Source of the DNA: an uncultured Christensenella sp.
GTDB taxonomy: Bacteria > Bacillota > Clostridia > Christensenellales > UBA1242
Direction: 5' to 3'
NCBI GenBank assembly: GCA_949300385.1
Contig: CASGDZ010000001.1
Coordinates: 6,152-70,151 of the forward strand
Length of the DNA: 64,000 bases
The notes beneath the pieces were generated by a model. That model searched no databases. It was not told where the DNA came from and worked only from the letters and a program-made list of their open reading frames with translations. A program made the translations under genes and the position numbers. This document shows, piece after piece, positions 60,799-64,000 of this stretch. Each line of letters starts with the position of its first letter. Position 1 is the stretch's first letter.

Positions 60799-61458
60799 AT
60801 GAAAAAAGTTGTTGTTAGCGCGTCTAGTCTACCAGCAGGTAGAAATATGTCGAGCCAAATTGAATATTTATCGAGAGTAACGCAGTATGGTGCAGATATG
60901 TATCATCTTGATGTCATGGATGGCAAATTCGTGAAATCTAAGACTTTAGATTATACATATTTTGAACAACTTAGAGAGAAATCTGCGCTTTTATTTGACG
61001 CTCATCTAATGGTCAATAATGTAGAAAAAGTACTAGATAAATATATTAAATCAAGTGCAAATATCATAACTATTCATTATGAAGTTTTTTCTGATACTGA
61101 GGCATTAATCTCAGCATTAAAAAAGATACGAGCAGGTAAGAAAATGGTTGGTCTTGCTATTGATTCGCCAACCGACATATCTGTAGTCGATAGTTTATTA
61201 AAATATGTAGATATGATACTTATTTTATGCGTTAAAGCGGGCAAAGGTGGCCAAGAATTTTCAAAAGACGCATTAAAGAAAATTAAATATGTTAGAAATC
61301 TTAGTCCAGATATATTAATTGAAGTAGATGGCGGTATAAACGATGTTACTGGTGCGCAGTGTGTGCGTGCTGGTGCAGACATATTAGTTAGCGGTAGTTA
61401 CATTTACAATAATGATACATATGAAGCGATCCAAAAGTTGAAGGGTAAAAATGGATAA
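60799..61458 (+). CDS. rpe: Ribulose-phosphate 3-epimerase
   Basis: HLDVMDG.FV, DAHLMV and EVDGGIN motifs. Confidence 0.93.
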   Translation: MKKVVVSASSLPAGRNMSSQIEYLSRVTQYGADMYHLDVMDGKFVKSKTLDYTYFEQLREKSALLFDAHLMVNNVEKVLDKYIKSSANIITIHYEVFSDTEALISALKKIRAGKKMVGLAIDSPTDISVVDSLLKYVDMILILCVKAGKGGQEFSKDALKKIKYVRNLSPDILIEVDGGINDVTGAQCVRAGADILVSGSYIYNNDTYEAIQKLKGKNG

Positions 61459-62146
61459 CAGGTACTACTTTGAAGAAAAAGAAAATGACATCGTAACATT
61501 TAAAGACAAAGAAGCAAATCATATCGCGCGCGTTCGCAGATGTAATGTCGGAGACGATATCACAGCATTTAATGGCGACGGATATGACTATCATTTGCAA
61601 ATCATAGAGATAACAAAGTCGGTTGTTAAAGCAAAAATTTTAGATAAAATTTTAAATAGAGCAACTAACGAGCCAAAAATTATCGTGTATTTAGCAATGC
61701 TCAAAAACGAAGCATTAACTACTACAATTGACCATTTGGCTGAACTAAATGTCTCAGAAGTAAAAATATTTAAATCAGATTTTTCGGTTGCAAACATTGA
61801 TATGCAAAAAATATCTAAACTTCAAACTATTGCTACACAGGCGAGCAAACAATGTGAGCGCGCGACAATTATGTCTGTTAGCATTATCAATAAATCGGAT
61901 ATAAAATCTGACATTTCATGGTGCAAAAATATATTTTTCTCATATGAAGACGCAACGAATAAAGCGAACGAGTTTACAGGAGATTTTGCTGTTATAATAG
62001 GACCTGAAGGTGGCTTTTCTAAAGTAGAAGTCGAGTATTTTTCTTCTTTTGCAAGCACAATTTCGTTAGGAAAGACAATTTTACGCGCAGAAGTTGCCTC
62101 ATCAGTTGCAGTTGCTATGTTAAAGGCGGTGAACCATGCGAGCTAG
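61451..62146 (+). CDS. rsmE: 16S rRNA m3U1498 methyltransferase
   Basis: IGPEGGF and SLGKTILRAE motifs. Confidence 0.94.
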   Translation: MDNRYYFEEKENDIVTFKDKEANHIARVRRCNVGDDITAFNGDGYDYHLQIIEITKSVVKAKILDKILNRATNEPKIIVYLAMLKNEALTTTIDHLAELNVSEVKIFKSDFSVANIDMQKISKLQTIATQASKQCERATIMSVSIINKSDIKSDISWCKNIFFSYEDATNKANEFTGDFAVIIGPEGGFSKVEVEYFSSFASTISLGKTILRAEVASSVAVAMLKAVNHAS

Positions 62147-63383
62147 TGTGATAACTTTAGGTTGTAAGGTTAATGAATACGAAAGTCAGTCAATGTTGAA
62201 CCAATTAAAACAGGCAGGGTATGATATAAGCGAAGGATTAGAAGTAGCAGACATTTACATTGTGAACACTTGTGCGGTCACAAACATAGCAGAGAGAAAA
62301 TCACGCCAAATGTTGGCAAAGATTAAAAAACTCAATCCACAAGCAAAAATAATAGTTTGTGGCTGTGCGTCGCAAAATAATCCCACTCAATTTTCAACTA
62401 ATAATCAGGTTATAGCGGTAGTAGGTAATCAAGGTAAAGAAAATATATTTAACTACATTTCAAATCAAAATAAAGTTTTGACACCTATTGATAATACTAA
62501 TTTTACAGAGATGACTCAACCGATTAACACTCGGACTAGACAATATATAAAGATACAAGATGGTTGCAATTATTTTTGTACATATTGTCTTATTCCATAT
62601 GTTCGTGGTAGGAGTAGAAGCAGAAATTTAAATTGCATACTACATGAAATAGAGGTGTCAAATGCTAGTGAGATTGTCTTAACTGGCATAAACATGAGTG
62701 ATTATAGGATAAATGGCGAACTCGCCCTAAAAAAACTAATTAAGGCGGTTGATTCGCTAAATGTTAGATTCAGAATATCTTCTATTGAATGCAATGTCAT
62801 AGATGACGAAATGATAGAGATACTAAAAAACTGTAAAAACTTTTGTCCTCACTTTCATTTGAGTTTGCAATCAGCGTGCAATAGAACGCTAAAGCGCATG
62901 AACAGACGCTATACTATTGAGCAATTTATCGAGATAACAAAAAAATTAAGAGAAGCATTCCCTTTGGCTTCGATTTCTACCGATATTATAGTTGGATTCA
63001 AGGGAGAGACGGACGAAGAGTTCGAAGAAACTTTAGAAAATATTAAGAAAATACAATTTAGCTTTATGCATATATTCCCGTACAGCGAGCGTAGTGGAAC
63101 GGCTGCGAATTCGCTAAATAGCACTGTCGATTCAAAAACTAAAAAATTGCGTGAAGATAAATTGAAAAAATTAAATTTACAATTTAAACATAAATTTTTT
63201 GAAGCAAATTGCGGAACTAAACATAAGGTGTTGATAGAAGAAATAGTTGACGAAAAATATTCTTTAGGATATACTGATAATTATATATACACATACATCC
63301 CAAACATCTATCCGATTGGTAGTATACAGACAGTGGAACTGACGGACGAATATAAAGATGGTATGTTGGGTATTGTTAAATAA
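62136..63383 (+). CDS. mtaB: tRNA methylthiotransferase MtaB
   Basis: TLGCKVNEYES, NTCAVT and KIQDGCNYFCTYC motifs; follows rsmE. Confidence 0.92.
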   Translation: MRASVITLGCKVNEYESQSMLNQLKQAGYDISEGLEVADIYIVNTCAVTNIAERKSRQMLAKIKKLNPQAKIIVCGCASQNNPTQFSTNNQVIAVVGNQGKENIFNYISNQNKVLTPIDNTNFTEMTQPINTRTRQYIKIQDGCNYFCTYCLIPYVRGRSRSRNLNCILHEIEVSNASEIVLTGINMSDYRINGELALKKLIKAVDSLNVRFRISSIECNVIDDEMIEILKNCKNFCPHFHLSLQSACNRTLKRMNRRYTIEQFIEITKKLREAFPLASISTDIIVGFKGETDEEFEETLENIKKIQFSFMHIFPYSERSGTAANSLNSTVDSKTKKLREDKLKKLNLQFKHKFFEANCGTKHKVLIEEIVDEKYSLGYTDNYIYTYIPNIYPIGSIQTVELTDEYKDGMLGIVK

Positions 63384-63392
63384 GGAGAAATT

Positions 63393-63728
63393 ATGGAAGA
63401 TTGCATATTTTGTAAGATTAGATTAGGCGAGATACCGAGCACAAAATTATATGAAGACAATGACTTTATGATAATAAAAGATATAAATCCACAGGCTAAA
63501 GTGCATTTAATCGCAATACCAAAAGAACATGCGCCATACATTGATATGCTTACACAAAAAGGTGCTGAAATGCTTGGTAGAATTATGGGCAAAATCTCGC
63601 ATATGCAAGAAGAATTAGGCATAACCAATGGATATAGATTGATTATAAATCAAGGTCAAGACGCAGGACAAACGGTCGCACATATCCATATTCATATTTT
63701 AGGTGGAGAAAAATTAAAAGAATTATAA
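63393..63728 (+). CDS. Histidine triad nucleotide-binding protein
   Basis: CIFCKI and HIHIHILGG motifs. Confidence 0.94.
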   Translation: MEDCIFCKIRLGEIPSTKLYEDNDFMIIKDINPQAKVHLIAIPKEHAPYIDMLTQKGAEMLGRIMGKISHMQEELGITNGYRLIINQGQDAGQTVAHIHIHILGGEKLKEL

Positions 63729-63798
63729 AAAATTTACAAAACTTGTTGACAATAACACATTTTTATTTTATAATAAACATATTCTGAAATAAAAGTGG

Positions 63799-63996
63799 GT
63801 GAAGAAATTGACAACAGTTCGTTGCGGAGAGAACGAATCGCTTGAGAGCGCTTTAAAGCGTTTTAAACGCAAGTGCCAAAAAGATGGTATAATCGGCGAT
63901 TTAAAGAAGAAAACTGAATATGTTAAACCTAGCGTTCGTCGTAAAGAGAAGAGTAAAGCTGCTCGCAAACGCGCTATGAAGAAAAGTCGTTATTAA
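63799..63996 (+). CDS. rpsU: 30S ribosomal protein S21
   Basis: [14 protein letters not shown]...YVKPS...KSKAARKR. Confidence 0.95.
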   Translation: MKKLTTVRCGENESLESALKRFKRKCQKDGIIGDLKKKTEYVKPSVRRKEKSKAARKRAMKKSRY

Positions 63997-64000
63997 TAAT

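Noticed and set aside
12445-63968. Many 60-170 aa ORFs opposite or overlapping housekeeping genes
   Set aside because: They are shadow frames of well-supported genes with no independent signals.

Overview
This is an AT-rich chromosomal window from a spore-forming Clostridia-like Firmicute (sigK, ylbJ, hrcA/CIRCE, class A RNase P) with a compact housekeeping gene order. The left edge (1-1779, minus strand) carries a diversity-generating retroelement (DGR) cassette: Avd, template repeat (TR) and a reverse transcriptase cut by the window edge. It sits just inside a tRNA-Lys(CTT) 3' fragment that looks like the att junction of an integrated element. The rest holds about 55 CDS (murG, xfp, rnj, feoAB, der, plsY, lepA, hrcA-grpE-dnaK-dnaJ, pta-ackA, plsX-rnc, priA-def-fmt-rlmN-rpe-rsmE-mtaB and others), 10 intact tRNAs and rnpB. 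The most unusual signal recurs at five tRNA loci: Lys-CTT fragment, Arg-TCT, Lys-TTT, Leu-TAG and Leu-TAA. Each has an adjacent 130-165 bp non-coding element with the same layout: a direct copy of part of the tRNA (X), a structured core, the reverse complement of the tRNA segment that follows X (rc(Y)), a spacer, then the tRNA itself (X-Y). The cores fall into two sequence families with compensatory base changes, while X and rc(Y) are specific to each locus. All calls come from reading the sequence and ORF track; no database search was run.
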